Origin: a virus
Virus record (IMG/VR): IMGVR_UViG_3300009496_000005
Coordinates: 13,149-77,148 of that record
Length of the DNA: 64,000 nucleotides
Reading direction: 5' to 3' (one strand)
A program made the position numbers and the translations under genes. Positions 28,612 to 37,676 of this stretch are shown in pieces (positions within the stretch are counted from its first letter, which is position 1; each line of letters starts with the position of its first letter). The notes under the pieces are model-generated. The model was not told where the DNA came from. It ran no database searches and worked only from the letters and a program-made list of their open reading frames with translations.

Positions 28612-31600
28612 ATGGCTGACATTAAAAACTTTGGTATCAAAGGTATTGCGTCAGATGTTCAAATGGGGAAAAGCGGTGGTCGTTTAAAATACGATAGCGG
28701 TAATTCACGATTTGATTTGACACAGTCCAATGGTTCAACGTTAGAAAACATTCGTTTTGGCACAGTAGAGAGCGGTGCATGGCAGGGATCTGTAATTGGA
28801 AGCACATATGGTGGACTAGGAGGAGATTTTTCTAGTTCAACAGGTATTCTTACAATTAGCAGTGGGTCTGTTACTGCAGGCTCCGTAGCACTTGGTTCGC
28901 AGGTATCTGGAGAACTTCCAGTAGCCAACGGCGGAACAGGTAGTTCAACGGCGGCCGGTGCTAGAACTAATTTAGGACTAGGCAATATTTCAACTCAGGC
29001 AAGCAACAACGTTGCTTTAACGGGTGGAACGTTAGACGGAGTAACGATAGGAGGAACCACTAGAGGAGCAGGTAGTTTTACTACAGTAAATGCTAACGGT
29101 GGAATCACAGGTGACTTAACAGGAACAGCAAGTTTGGCAACAAACTTTACAAGTGCTGTAACTGTAGCACTATCAGGTGATGCAACAGGTTCAGCAACCT
29201 TTACAGGTGCTGGTGATACGGCAACTATTGCTGTAACTTTACCAACAACAATGGACAGTAGTAATACCGCATTGACTCCAGGGTCATTCGGTAGTTCAAC
29301 TGCAATTCCAGTTGTTACTGTTGACAACCATGGTAGAATAACACAAGTAGATACAGCAAGTATTTCAACTTCATTTACATTAGCAGGTGGTAGTGGATCA
29401 ACATCAATAGATGGTGGTGACACAATGACTATTGCTGGTGCAAGTAATGAAATTGATACTTCAGTATCAGGTGATACTATTACTATTGGTTTAGTAGATA
29501 GTCCAACTATTAGCGGCGATCTTACAGTTTCAGGAAACTTAACAATTTCTGGTTCACAAACGATTGTAAATTCGAACGTAACACAAACAGTTGACAATAT
29601 ATTTAGAGTCAACAGTGACGGCGACGCCCAAGACGCCGGTCTAGAAGCAAACGTAAATGGTTCTATTAAGCAATTCATTTATGATGTTTCAGAAACTGAA
29701 TGGACAGTAGGCGGAGAAGATCTTAGCACATCAGGTTCCTTTAGAGGTAACTTGGTTGGTAACGTAACAGGTAACGTAACAGGTAATGCTGATACGGCCA
29801 CTGATGCGGACGGTCTTTCAAGTGCTGTAACTGTAGCAATTTCAGGTGACGCAACAGGTTCTGCAACTTTCCAAGATGCAGGCGATACAGCAACTATTAG
29901 CACAACATTAGCAACAGTAATGGGAAGTGGAAACGCGGCAACTACACCAGGTAGTTTTGGTAGTTCTACATTAGTCCCAGTTGTTAAAGTCAACGCAAAA
30001 GGTTTAGTAACACAGATAGATACTGCAAGTATCTCAACCAGTCTTACTATTCAAAGTGATGACGCGGCTGATAACGTAGTTGCTTTGGCGACAGACAAAC
30101 TTAAACTATTAGGTGGAACAAACATTACATCAACCAACACAGCGGATGATGTTACGTTTAATTTGAATTCTACACTTACTGGTTTAACAAGTGTGACGTC
30201 TACAACATTAACAGATGGAACAGCAACACTAAACAGTGGTGCTTTAAGTGGAGCAACTACAGTTACAGCCAGTGGCGCAGTAACAGGTGGAAGTTTAACT
30301 GACGGAACAGCAACAATGACAGGTGGAGCCTTAACTGGTTTAACTGGTGCATTGACTACTGCTGGTGCAGTAACTGGTGGAAGTATTACAGATGGAACTG
30401 CTACTTTAAGTAGTGGTGCTTTAAGTGGTGCAACTACTGTAACTGCAAGTGGTAACGTAACAGCAGGCACATTCAAAGACGGAACTATGGAAATTAGTTC
30501 AGGATCTATGACTGGTGCTAACAATATTACTGCTTCAGGAACTATCCAATATGGTTCATTAAGTGATGGCTCAATAACTATTACTGCATTCGTCGACGAA
30601 GACGACATGAACAGTAATAGTGCTTCACTAGTTCCAACACAACAATCTGTTAAGGCATACGTTGACAACGCAGTCGGCGGTGCTGATTTGGACTTCCAAG
30701 GTGATACAGGTGGTGCTCTATCTATTGATTTAGATAGTGAGGTGCTTGACATTGCTGGTGGAACGAACATTAATACTTCCGGTTCTGGTAATCAAATTGA
30801 TATAAACCTAGACACAACCTTAACTGGTTTAACTAGTGTTACTTCAACAACATTAACAGATGGAACAGCAACATTATCAAGTGGTGCTTTAAGCGGTGTT
30901 ACTTCAATTAATACATCAGGAGATGTAACAGTTGGTGGTAACTTAACTGTAAGTGGAACACAAACAAGTGTTAATTCCACAAACACTACTATTACAGATA
31001 CATTGATTGTTTTACAATCAGGACTATCTGGTGCTAACCCTAACGACATTGGTCACATATACGAAAGAGGCTCTGATGGAGACAACGGATTCTTTGGTTG
31101 GGATCAAAATGTTGATAGGTTTGTAGCGGCTACAACAACTGCTGATGGATCAACTGCTGGAGACTTAACTCTTACAGCGGCTGACTTTGAAGCGGCAGGT
31201 ATCACTGGTTCCAGTGCTACTATTAGTGGTGTAGTTAGTTTTGGCACGTTGACTGATTCAGGTGAAAGTATTGCTATTACTAAGTTTGTCGATGAAGCAG
31301 ACGGCATTAGCAGTAACGATAACGATACTACTATTCCAACTTCAGCGGCAGTTATTGACTATGTAGAAAATAACGGTGGTGATGGTCTCTTATTAAGAAA
31401 CTCATTTACTGCTAACTCTAGTGATAGTTCGTTTGATATTGGAACAGTTCCAAATGTATCAGGTAGAACCTATTATGCTAATAAAGTTGTTCTTAAAGTA
31501 GGCACTGGATTTAGTGGTGGTTCATTTAACCATATTCTAATTAAAGAAAATGGAGGAGCAGGAAATACTATTGTAGCATCAGCAGACGCAGATGCGGCAA

Positions 31601-31752
31601 CAGCCGGTTCATACATTATCGAATTAGATGGTGATGATTCATTAACTAAGAATGCGGCAGTAACCGTTCAATTTAAACAATCGAATGGTTCTACAGCAAG
31701 TATTCCAACTTCTGGAGTAATTACAGCATCAGTTCACTATAATTGGGTATAA
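28612..31752 (+). CDS. virion fibre/structural protein
   Basis: LPVANGGTG.ST...ARTNLGLG, LSGDATGS, TDGTATL.SGAL repeats, PTQQSVKAYVD. Confidence 0.8.
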   Translation: MADIKNFGIKGIASDVQMGKSGGRLKYDSGNSRFDLTQSNGSTLENIRFGTVESGAWQGSVIGSTYGGLGGDFSSSTGILTISSGSVTAGSVALGSQVSGELPVANGGTGSSTAAGARTNLGLGNISTQASNNVALTGGTLDGVTIGGTTRGAGSFTTVNANGGITGDLTGTASLATNFTSAVTVALSGDATGSATFTGAGDTATIAVTLPTTMDSSNTALTPGSFGSSTAIPVVTVDNHGRITQVDTASISTSFTLAGGSGSTSIDGGDTMTIAGASNEIDTSVSGDTITIGLVDSPTISGDLTVSGNLTISGSQTIVNSNVTQTVDNIFRVNSDGDAQDAGLEANVNGSIKQFIYDVSETEWTVGGEDLSTSGSFRGNLVGNVTGNVTGNADTATDADGLSSAVTVAISGDATGSATFQDAGDTATISTTLATVMGSGNAATTPGSFGSSTLVPVVKVNAKGLVTQIDTASISTSLTIQSDDAADNVVALATDKLKLLGGTNITSTNTADDVTFNLNSTLTGLTSVTSTTLTDGTATLNSGALSGATTVTASGAVTGGSLTDGTATMTGGALTGLTGALTTAGAVTGGSITDGTATLSSGALSGATTVTASGNVTAGTFKDGTMEISSGSMTGANNITASGTIQYGSLSDGSITITAFVDEDDMNSNSASLVPTQQSVKAYVDNAVGGADLDFQGDTGGALSIDLDSEVLDIAGGTNINTSGSGNQIDINLDTTLTGLTSVTSTTLTDGTATLSSGALSGVTSINTSGDVTVGGNLTVSGTQTSVNSTNTTITDTLIVLQSGLSGANPNDIGHIYERGSDGDNGFFGWDQNVDRFVAATTTADGSTAGDLTLTAADFEAAGITGSSATISGVVSFGTLTDSGESIAITKFVDEADGISSNDNDTTIPTSAAVIDYVENNGGDGLLLRNSFTANSSDSSFDIGTVPNVSGRTYYANKVVLKVGTGFSGGSFNHILIKENGGAGNTIVASADADAATAGSYIIELDGDDSLTKNAAVTVQFKQSNGSTASIPTSGVITASVHYNWV

Positions 31753-31783
31753 TACTTAATTAGATACCGAACTTAACCAAACT

Positions 31784-31812
31784 AAAAAGCACTCTTCGGA
31801 GTGCTTTTTTTT
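31784..31812. terminator. bidirectional intrinsic terminator
   Basis: AAAAAGCACTC-TTCG-GAGTGCTTTTTTTT between convergent genes. Confidence 0.9.
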
Positions 31813-31818
31813 GATCAT

Positions 31819-32142
31819 TTAATCTATTTGCACTACCTTGATTGCTTCAGCAGTAGTATAAGGGGATTTGTGTGCCATTGGCTCTTTGGTTTCATCTATG
31901 TTAGGCCATATTTCACATGCTTTAGCATTGATATCTATAAATGGCATCTCTTCATTCGGAACTTCGTCTTCGTGTAGTATTGCTTCTACAGGACATTCAG
32001 GCTCACATAGACCACAATCAATACATTCATCCGGATGTATTGCTAACATCTCAGGTCCTTCATAAAAACAGTCTACTGGGCAAACTGCAACGCATTTAGT
32101 ATCCTTGCACCCTACACAGGCACTCATTACTACATAGGTCAT
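31819..32142 (-). CDS. fdxA: ferredoxin (7Fe / 2[4Fe-4S] FdxA type)
   Basis: [18 protein letters not shown]; [20 protein letters not shown]. Confidence 0.92.
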   Translation of the reverse strand: MTYVVMSACVGCKDTKCVAVCPVDCFYEGPEMLAIHPDECIDCGLCEPECPVEAILHEDEVPNEEMPFIDINAKACEIWPNIDETKEPMAHKSPYTTAEAIKVVQID

Positions 32143-32143
32143 A

Positions 32144-32716
32144 TTAATCTTTTGGTATAGCCATACAATTCATATGTAAGCATATTGTTTCTACAGCACT
32201 ATTGTTCGGGGTCATACCCCATGGGATGTGAGAAGGAAAACAACAATACTTCCAAATCTTTGGTTTAATATAGTTAGTTCCTGCTTGTATTTTTATGGGC
32301 GAAGAGTGGAGTCGTAGTCCAAAGTTTTCTTGATATACCATAGAACCCTTATTGGTTGTTTGCAACCACATGATGCATGTATACCATTTTGTTCTATCTA
32401 CATGAACAGGATATGTATGTCCAGGATTAATACTAAATAGACTTGGCTCAGTTAGTTGTATCTGTGCCTTATTTGTATTAGGTATTGCTTTGCGTATCTC
32501 ATCAACAAAGAGATTGCCTATAAGCATTTGTAGATTCTTTACTACATCTACCTGTGGCATGTCTTTATTAGTCATCCAACCAAAGTTAGTGTCTAGACAA
32601 TTACCAGAGTCTTTTGCTTCTAGAATACCTTTTCTAATCTTTGTTCCTACAGATCGCTCTATAGGTATCTCTCCCTCAATGCATACATCAGGGAATAGGT
32701 TATATGCTTTTGCCAT
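32144..32716 (-). CDS. putative 2OG-Fe(II) oxygenase-fold protein
   Basis: INPG...PVHVD, FPSHIPW..TPN; distal His appears replaced. Confidence 0.55.
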   Translation of the reverse strand: MAKAYNLFPDVCIEGEIPIERSVGTKIRKGILEAKDSGNCLDTNFGWMTNKDMPQVDVVKNLQMLIGNLFVDEIRKAIPNTNKAQIQLTEPSLFSINPGHTYPVHVDRTKWYTCIMWLQTTNKGSMVYQENFGLRLHSSPIKIQAGTNYIKPKIWKYCCFPSHIPWGMTPNNSAVETICLHMNCMAIPKD

Positions 32717-32737
32717 ACAAGTATTTATTCTTTTAGG

Positions 32738-32766
32738 TTGACATTGTGTCTATAAGAAGGTATAAT
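32738..32766 (+). promoter_or_regulatory. sigma70-type promoter
   Basis: TTGACA-N17-TATAAT. Confidence 0.75.
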
Positions 32767-32791
32767 AAATTATAGGCTAAAAGGTATTAAC

Positions 32792-33394
32792 ATGACAGAT
32801 AAATCAAAGATAATTTTAACAGACATAGATGGTGTAGTTCTTAATTGGGAATATGCTTTTGGTGAATATATGGAGTTCCAAGGACACCAACCAGTTGAAG
32901 GACATAACAAGTTTTATTCAGTTAGGCAAAAATATGATTTGCCAACTGATGCATCAGGTGATATTGTAATTAAAACATTTAACGAAAGTGCGGCAATAGG
33001 ATTCCTTCCTCCACTTCGTGATGCACAATACTTCATTAAGAAGTTGCATGAGCAACACCAGTATCAATTTATAGCAATTACAAGTCTAAGTCTTAATCCT
33101 TATTCTCAAAAATTAAGAGAAAAGAACCTTAAAAAGTTGTTTGGAGATAACTGTTTCTTAGAAGTAATCTGCTTAGACACAGGTGCAGACAAGGATGAGA
33201 TACTAGATGTATATGCTAGAGATTATCCTGGAGCATACTGGATTGAGGATAAACCACAGAATGTTGATGTTGGCATTGAATTTGGTCTTAATGGTATTTT
33301 AATGGAGCATGGGCACAATATGTCCTATACAGGCCAAGCAAATGTTGTGGTAAATTGGGAAGAAATTTACAATTTATTAGTTAAAACCGGTTGA
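32792..33394 (+). CDS. HAD-family 5'-nucleotidase-like phosphatase
   Basis: LTDIDGVV, AITS, WIEDK. Confidence 0.8.
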   Translation: MTDKSKIILTDIDGVVLNWEYAFGEYMEFQGHQPVEGHNKFYSVRQKYDLPTDASGDIVIKTFNESAAIGFLPPLRDAQYFIKKLHEQHQYQFIAITSLSLNPYSQKLREKNLKKLFGDNCFLEVICLDTGADKDEILDVYARDYPGAYWIEDKPQNVDVGIEFGLNGILMEHGHNMSYTGQANVVVNWEEIYNLLVKTG

Positions 33395-33420
33395 CAATAC
33401 CTAAAAAGACGTTATACTAT
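33391..33420 (+). promoter_or_regulatory. early sigma70-type promoter
   Basis: GGTTGACA-N16-TATACT. Confidence 0.7.
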
Positions 33421-33458
33421 ATGTATAGTTTAAAAATAAAGTGCTGGGAGGCAATTAC

Positions 33459-34490
33459 ATGAAAAACTTTGTTAAAATTAAAAAGGGTTCTTATCGCAAC
33501 GCCCCAATCGAAAACGCGATATTTCCAGTAGTAAAGCCACTCACCTTTGGTAAGAAAGGTCCTTTTATTACTGTCGATGGTAGTTCGCTTATGGGTGAAG
33601 ACGCAAGTAAAATTAGGGTGCTAGTTAAGTCTCCTTTAGATGTTGTTCCTTCAACTAAAGAAGACTACGAAACATTTATGCCAGTTGAGAAAGAAGAAGT
33701 AGTAGCAGAAACTACTCTAGAGGCTATGGACAGAATCAAAGGTCGTTTTGATATCTTAGATCAAATGACTGATGCAGTTGCTAACGGTGTAGTCCGTGGT
33801 TTGATTGTGTCAGGCCCTCCGGGTGTTGGTAAAAGTTTTGGTGTTGAAACTATACTTGATGAGTATGATGCAATGGCAAAACTATCAGGCAAGCCACCCA
33901 GAACTGAAATAGTTAAAGGTAGCATGACTCCAATTGGTTTGTATCAAACATTGTTTAACAATTCTAACAAAGGTGATATCCTAGTTTTTGATGACTGTGA
34001 TAGTATCTTGTTTGATGAAGTATGTTTGAATATGCTAAAAGCAGTTTTAGACTCTGGTAAGAAAAGATACATTTCTTGGAAAGCAGAGTCCAATGCACTT
34101 CGTAGAGAAGGTATACCTGATAGGTTTGAGTTCAAAGGTGGTGTTATCTTTATTACTAACGTGAACTTTGAAAACGTTCGTTCTAAGAAGATACAAGATC
34201 ACTTAGCGGCACTTATGTCTAGATGTCATTACATTGACTTAGGTTTAGATACTACTGCTGATAAGTTCTTAAGAATTAATCAAATAGTTAGAGATGGTAT
34301 GCTTACTTCATACAAGTTCTCAGATGAACTAAACAAGGATATCATAGACTTTATGATATTAAAGAGTGCAAGGCTTAGAGAAATAAGTCTTAGAATGGTG
34401 CTTAAGATTGCTGACTTGGCTCAAATGAGTCCCAAGACTTGGAAAGAGTTGGCTGAAAGCACTTGTATGACGAGGGTCACTTTTAAGTGA
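33459..34490 (+). CDS. AAA-family ATPase
   Basis: SGPPGVGKS, LVFDDCD, FITN, SRC; SD TGGGAGG. Confidence 0.85.
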   Translation: MKNFVKIKKGSYRNAPIENAIFPVVKPLTFGKKGPFITVDGSSLMGEDASKIRVLVKSPLDVVPSTKEDYETFMPVEKEEVVAETTLEAMDRIKGRFDILDQMTDAVANGVVRGLIVSGPPGVGKSFGVETILDEYDAMAKLSGKPPRTEIVKGSMTPIGLYQTLFNNSNKGDILVFDDCDSILFDEVCLNMLKAVLDSGKKRYISWKAESNALRREGIPDRFEFKGGVIFITNVNFENVRSKKIQDHLAALMSRCHYIDLGLDTTADKFLRINQIVRDGMLTSYKFSDELNKDIIDFMILKSARLREISLRMVLKIADLAQMSPKTWKELAESTCMTRVTFK

Positions 34491-34501
34491 TCCACGTTTG
34501 G

Positions 34502-34600
34502 ACTCATACTAAATATTAGTATGGGTTCCCCCCTAGTGTTCAATATCCTCCCACATTGAACACTTTAGAGACCCCCTAGTTCTTAGGGGGTTTCGCTTTT
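34502..34600 (+). ncRNA. structured 3'-UTR / candidate sRNA with anti-SD loop plus terminator
   Basis: Hairpin 34502-34526; perfect 10-bp stem 34535-44/34555-64 with loop ATCCTCCCAC; terminator 34568-34600. Confidence 0.55.
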
Positions 34601-34607
34601 AAAGTGG

Positions 34608-34635
34608 TTGACAATATATAAAAAGATAGTATACT
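34608..34635 (+). promoter_or_regulatory. early sigma70-type promoter
   Basis: GGTTGACA-N16-TATACT. Confidence 0.7.
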
Positions 34636-34674
34636 TATTGTATAAGTTAAATAATTAGGTAGGTAAATAATTTA

Positions 34675-35025
34675 ATGATAAAGGAAAGAAACACAACTGT
34701 ATTAGCCTCAGACTATCAAAGCACTGAGCAACTTCAAAAATTTATTAAACATTGCACTGGTGCAAAAATGACTCCTGTTAAAGGTAAGCATGATGCATTT
34801 TGGGTTAGTGGTGATAAACGTGGTGACTACTACGAGCAGAAATATTATAAAATTGTATTTGGTCCAGTTACCCAAGTTTCATATAGTAACGGTAGAACTG
34901 AAAAATCAGGTTATGGTTTTGATATTCAAACTGTAGGCGACCTTAATGGTTGGCAGTTAATGGGCGAGTATCGTAAAATGATTAAAGAAGCAATGGCTGA
35001 ATTTAAACAGAAGGAGACTGCATAA
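34675..35025 (+). CDS. hypothetical early protein
   Basis: ORF after promoter. Confidence 0.65.
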   Translation: MIKERNTTVLASDYQSTEQLQKFIKHCTGAKMTPVKGKHDAFWVSGDKRGDYYEQKYYKIVFGPVTQVSYSNGRTEKSGYGFDIQTVGDLNGWQLMGEYRKMIKEAMAEFKQKETA

Positions 35026-35702
35026 TGGAATTTCCAGTAAGATTAGTTTTAGCGGCTAGTAGTGCCGCACACAGAATTAACGATGGCTTTGTTAAGAAGT
35101 ATGATGACAGCAAGAAAGAATCTAATAGTGCATTATTATACAAGCATTTCTTTCAAGGGCATGATCTTAAAGTAGAAGATCAAGACTATGAGATGGCTGA
35201 TGAAATCATTGACTATCTAAAAGGTTTAGGTATCAAAGCAATGGAAAGGGATCTAACTGATTTCGAAAGGAACGTTCTTAAGTTTGTTACTTCTGCTTCA
35301 GCAGGCAAAGACAAGATTGGTATTGCGGCTAGTTTACCTAAAGTATTTTTAAACAAGGTAGAATCGGACAGTTGGGAAGATAGGGAAAGAGAGTTAGGTA
35401 GAACATCAGAATTTGTAGGTATACTTAACCAGCGAAATACATTTGATAACGCAACTATAGAGTATGTTAGATACATTCCTAAAACTATGAGTAACCTAGT
35501 TACTGCTAGTGTTGATGGTAAGCATATTATTAAGTTCTTCTTAAATGATGCAAAGGACATCAAAGTTCAATCAGGTAAGAAGGTAAAACTTGTAGGTTTT
35601 GTAAAAGCCCAAACTGTTAGCAAATGGACTGGCTTTAAAGAAACAATGATTAATAGAATCAAATTCGAATCTGTTGGTAGCACCACTGAAAACAGTAAGT
35701 GA
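35025..35702 (+). CDS. hypothetical protein (C-terminal OB-fold-like)
   Basis: AAGGAG SD; SEFVG...ETMINRIK. Confidence 0.65.
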   Translation: MEFPVRLVLAASSAAHRINDGFVKKYDDSKKESNSALLYKHFFQGHDLKVEDQDYEMADEIIDYLKGLGIKAMERDLTDFERNVLKFVTSASAGKDKIGIAASLPKVFLNKVESDSWEDRERELGRTSEFVGILNQRNTFDNATIEYVRYIPKTMSNLVTASVDGKHIIKFFLNDAKDIKVQSGKKVKLVGFVKAQTVSKWTGFKETMINRIKFESVGSTTENSK

Positions 35703-35773
35703 GCGATAATGCTACTTCAAGAGTAGAGAAGCATAGCATGAGTGCCTGAACACGCGGTTATGTCTACACAAAT

Positions 35774-35798
35774 ACCCCTCCCTAGTGAGGGGTTTTTT
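35774..35798 (+). terminator. intrinsic terminator
   Basis: ACCCCTC-CCTAGT-GAGGGGT-TTTTT. Confidence 0.75.
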
Positions 35799-35800
35799 GT

Positions 35801-35808
35801 GATAAATA
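35801..35808 (+). promoter_or_regulatory. late-type promoter
   Basis: GATAAATA. Confidence 0.6.
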
Positions 35809-35831
35809 TATGTATAACGGAGGGAGTTATA

Positions 35832-36134
35832 ATGGCAGACATAGAGAAAAAGACAATACAGATAGAATTAGAAGTCGACACAAAAACAGTAGACAGCAGT
35901 AAGAACCCATGGCAAAAATGGATATACTTAGCACAGGCAGTAGATGCCTGGAGAATATTCCCAAGAGCATTCTTGAGTGTATATATCTTCTTGCTATACT
36001 ATTCCACAATATGGTTCATGTCACTCGAGAGTCCTAGTTTAGAACAATCAGGGTTGATAAGTATTATTGTTGGAGCAGGTGCGGCATGGTTTGGTTTGTA
36101 TGCAGGAACAAGTAAAAATAAAAATAACGATTAA
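35832..36134 (+). CDS. two-TM membrane protein (possible holin-like)
   Basis: DAWRIFPR, two hydrophobic helices, late motif. Confidence 0.55.
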   Translation: MADIEKKTIQIELEVDTKTVDSSKNPWQKWIYLAQAVDAWRIFPRAFLSVYIFLLYYSTIWFMSLESPSLEQSGLISIIVGAGAAWFGLYAGTSKNKNND

Positions 36135-36136
36135 TA

Positions 36137-36445
36137 ATGTTTATAAAACACTTTGTAAGATTTAATACGAGAGAACAGTTAGAAGATTCAGATGTAATTG
36201 AATACTTCGATATTGTGCAGAGTATTATACCTACCAAATTAATTACTGGTATAAGTAGCGACGGCGACAAGGTCAGTGTCGATGTAATGATATACAATGA
36301 TGCAGACGATGAAGGCGAACTATTCATACACGAAATATTTTTAGAAAATGATATAGATGAAGAAGAAGGTGATGATATTTCGAATGAACTTTCAGATATG
36401 TTTCCTGAACTACAGTTTACATTCGAAGCATCTATAGAAGTATGA
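36137..36445 (+). CDS. acidic hypothetical protein
   Basis: ORF. Confidence 0.6.
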   Translation: MFIKHFVRFNTREQLEDSDVIEYFDIVQSIIPTKLITGISSDGDKVSVDVMIYNDADDEGELFIHEIFLENDIDEEEGDDISNELSDMFPELQFTFEASIEV

Positions 36446-36651
36446 TCGTAACTGTTCACTATACAGGCGACCAGTTTGTAGCATACGATGAGCAAGGTAA
36501 CAAAGTTAAAAATAGAGATATACTAGAACAACTATCTTTTATGCAATTCCCTGGTTTCAAATCCACATTTCAAATAGAGGTTGACAATGCCGATATTTCT
36601 GCTAAAATACAACCATTGGATATAAATATTAACTTTAACACAGAGACATAA
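36442..36651 (+). CDS. hypothetical protein
   Basis: ORF. Confidence 0.55.
   Translation: MIVTVHYTGDQFVAYDEQGNKVKNRDILEQLSFMQFPGFKSTFQIEVDNADISAKIQPLDININFNTET
36581..36608 (+). promoter_or_regulatory. sigma70-type promoter (a TATAAATA also at 36621)
   Basis: GGTTGACA-N16-TAAAAT with TG extension. Confidence 0.55.
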
Positions 36652-36653
36652 AC

Positions 36654-36917
36654 ATGGCATTTAATAGAACATTTAATCAAGAAGAAATCAACCGTTTAAA
36701 AAAACTAATTCAAGAAGGCGATCAAGTCCTTTATGAAGTAGAAGCATTGCAAACTGGTTTGAGAGAAACAGTCAAAGCAATAGCAGAAGAAATGGAATTA
36801 AAACCAGCAATCTTAACTAAAGCAATCAAAGTTGCCCATAAGGCCAAGTTCCAAGAAGAATATGATAAGTTCGATGAACTAGAAACAATTTTGGAATCTG
36901 TAGGCAAAACATTATAA
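36654..36917 (+). CDS. T4 DsbA / GapR-like dsDNA-binding protein
   Basis: Helical: LKKLI.E....E...L...L.E.VKAIAEE.ELKPAIL.KAIK. Confidence 0.6.
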   Translation: MAFNRTFNQEEINRLKKLIQEGDQVLYEVEALQTGLRETVKAIAEEMELKPAILTKAIKVAHKAKFQEEYDKFDELETILESVGKTL

Positions 36918-36923
36918 ACAGTA

Positions 36924-37604
36924 ATGGAACCTATCGCTACTCATTTTGATAGTCGCGGTCACAAAACTACTGTTTACGATAATGTTATGCCACAAGAAGC
37001 AATTGATTTATGGACAAGTCAACGTAAACAAATAAAGTTTTATAAGACAATACAAGACAGAATTCCAATGTCATTTAGAGTCCATGCTGTAGATAGAGAA
37101 GAAAGGGATTCTTTTTTTGCATTGCAAGATTGGATAGGTCCTTATTTAAAGGATTGGCATGAAGATATGACAACAGATCATTTTAATAGATCGTTTATAA
37201 ATTGTTATCAAAAAGATGACCATATATTGCTACATGCTGATTTAGATGCAAAGCAATGGTCAGATGAACATAGGACTTGTGTAGCACTACTGTTTTTAAC
37301 ACCAGATAGTTACATTAATGACCCTGATGACTGTGGCTTTATAATTTCAGATGGGCCAGACACAAATAATAATTTTGTTGTCTCTAACAAGTTTAATAGA
37401 CTTATTTTAATGGATGCCAGAAGTTATCACGAACCGATAGTTCCTAATGATAACGTTCAAAGGCTTACATTATATGCAGGTTATACACTATCTCCTTTAA
37501 TGGTAGTTAGAGATGTTAGGAGAGAAAAATTTCAGATAATGACTGGTGTTGTTCCTGGAACTAATTATACATTCGATGTAAACGATTATGTATATATGGA
37601 TTGA
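36924..37604 (+). CDS. 2OG-Fe(II) oxygenase
   Basis: HAD, NKFNRLILMD..SYHEP, RLT. Confidence 0.75.
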   Translation: MEPIATHFDSRGHKTTVYDNVMPQEAIDLWTSQRKQIKFYKTIQDRIPMSFRVHAVDREERDSFFALQDWIGPYLKDWHEDMTTDHFNRSFINCYQKDDHILLHADLDAKQWSDEHRTCVALLFLTPDSYINDPDDCGFIISDGPDTNNNFVVSNKFNRLILMDARSYHEPIVPNDNVQRLTLYAGYTLSPLMVVRDVRREKFQIMTGVVPGTNYTFDVNDYVYMD

Positions 37605-37629
37605 CAGATCCTAAAAGATTTGTTATAAT
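37601..37629 (+). promoter_or_regulatory. sigma70-type promoter of DNA polymerase
   Basis: TTGACA-N17-TATAAT. Confidence 0.75.
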
Positions 37630-37676
37630 ATAATTTTGGTATTGCGACAGCCGAAAGTGTTGCTTGGAGAATATAG

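Noticed and set aside
23251-31307. Long antisense ORFs (up to 239 aa) in fibre genes
   Set aside because: Shadow frames caused by Gly/Thr/Ser codon bias; no SD or promoter support
35742-35831. N-terminal extension of ORF 35742
   Set aside because: Spans a terminator and promoter; true start is 35832 after GGAGGGAG
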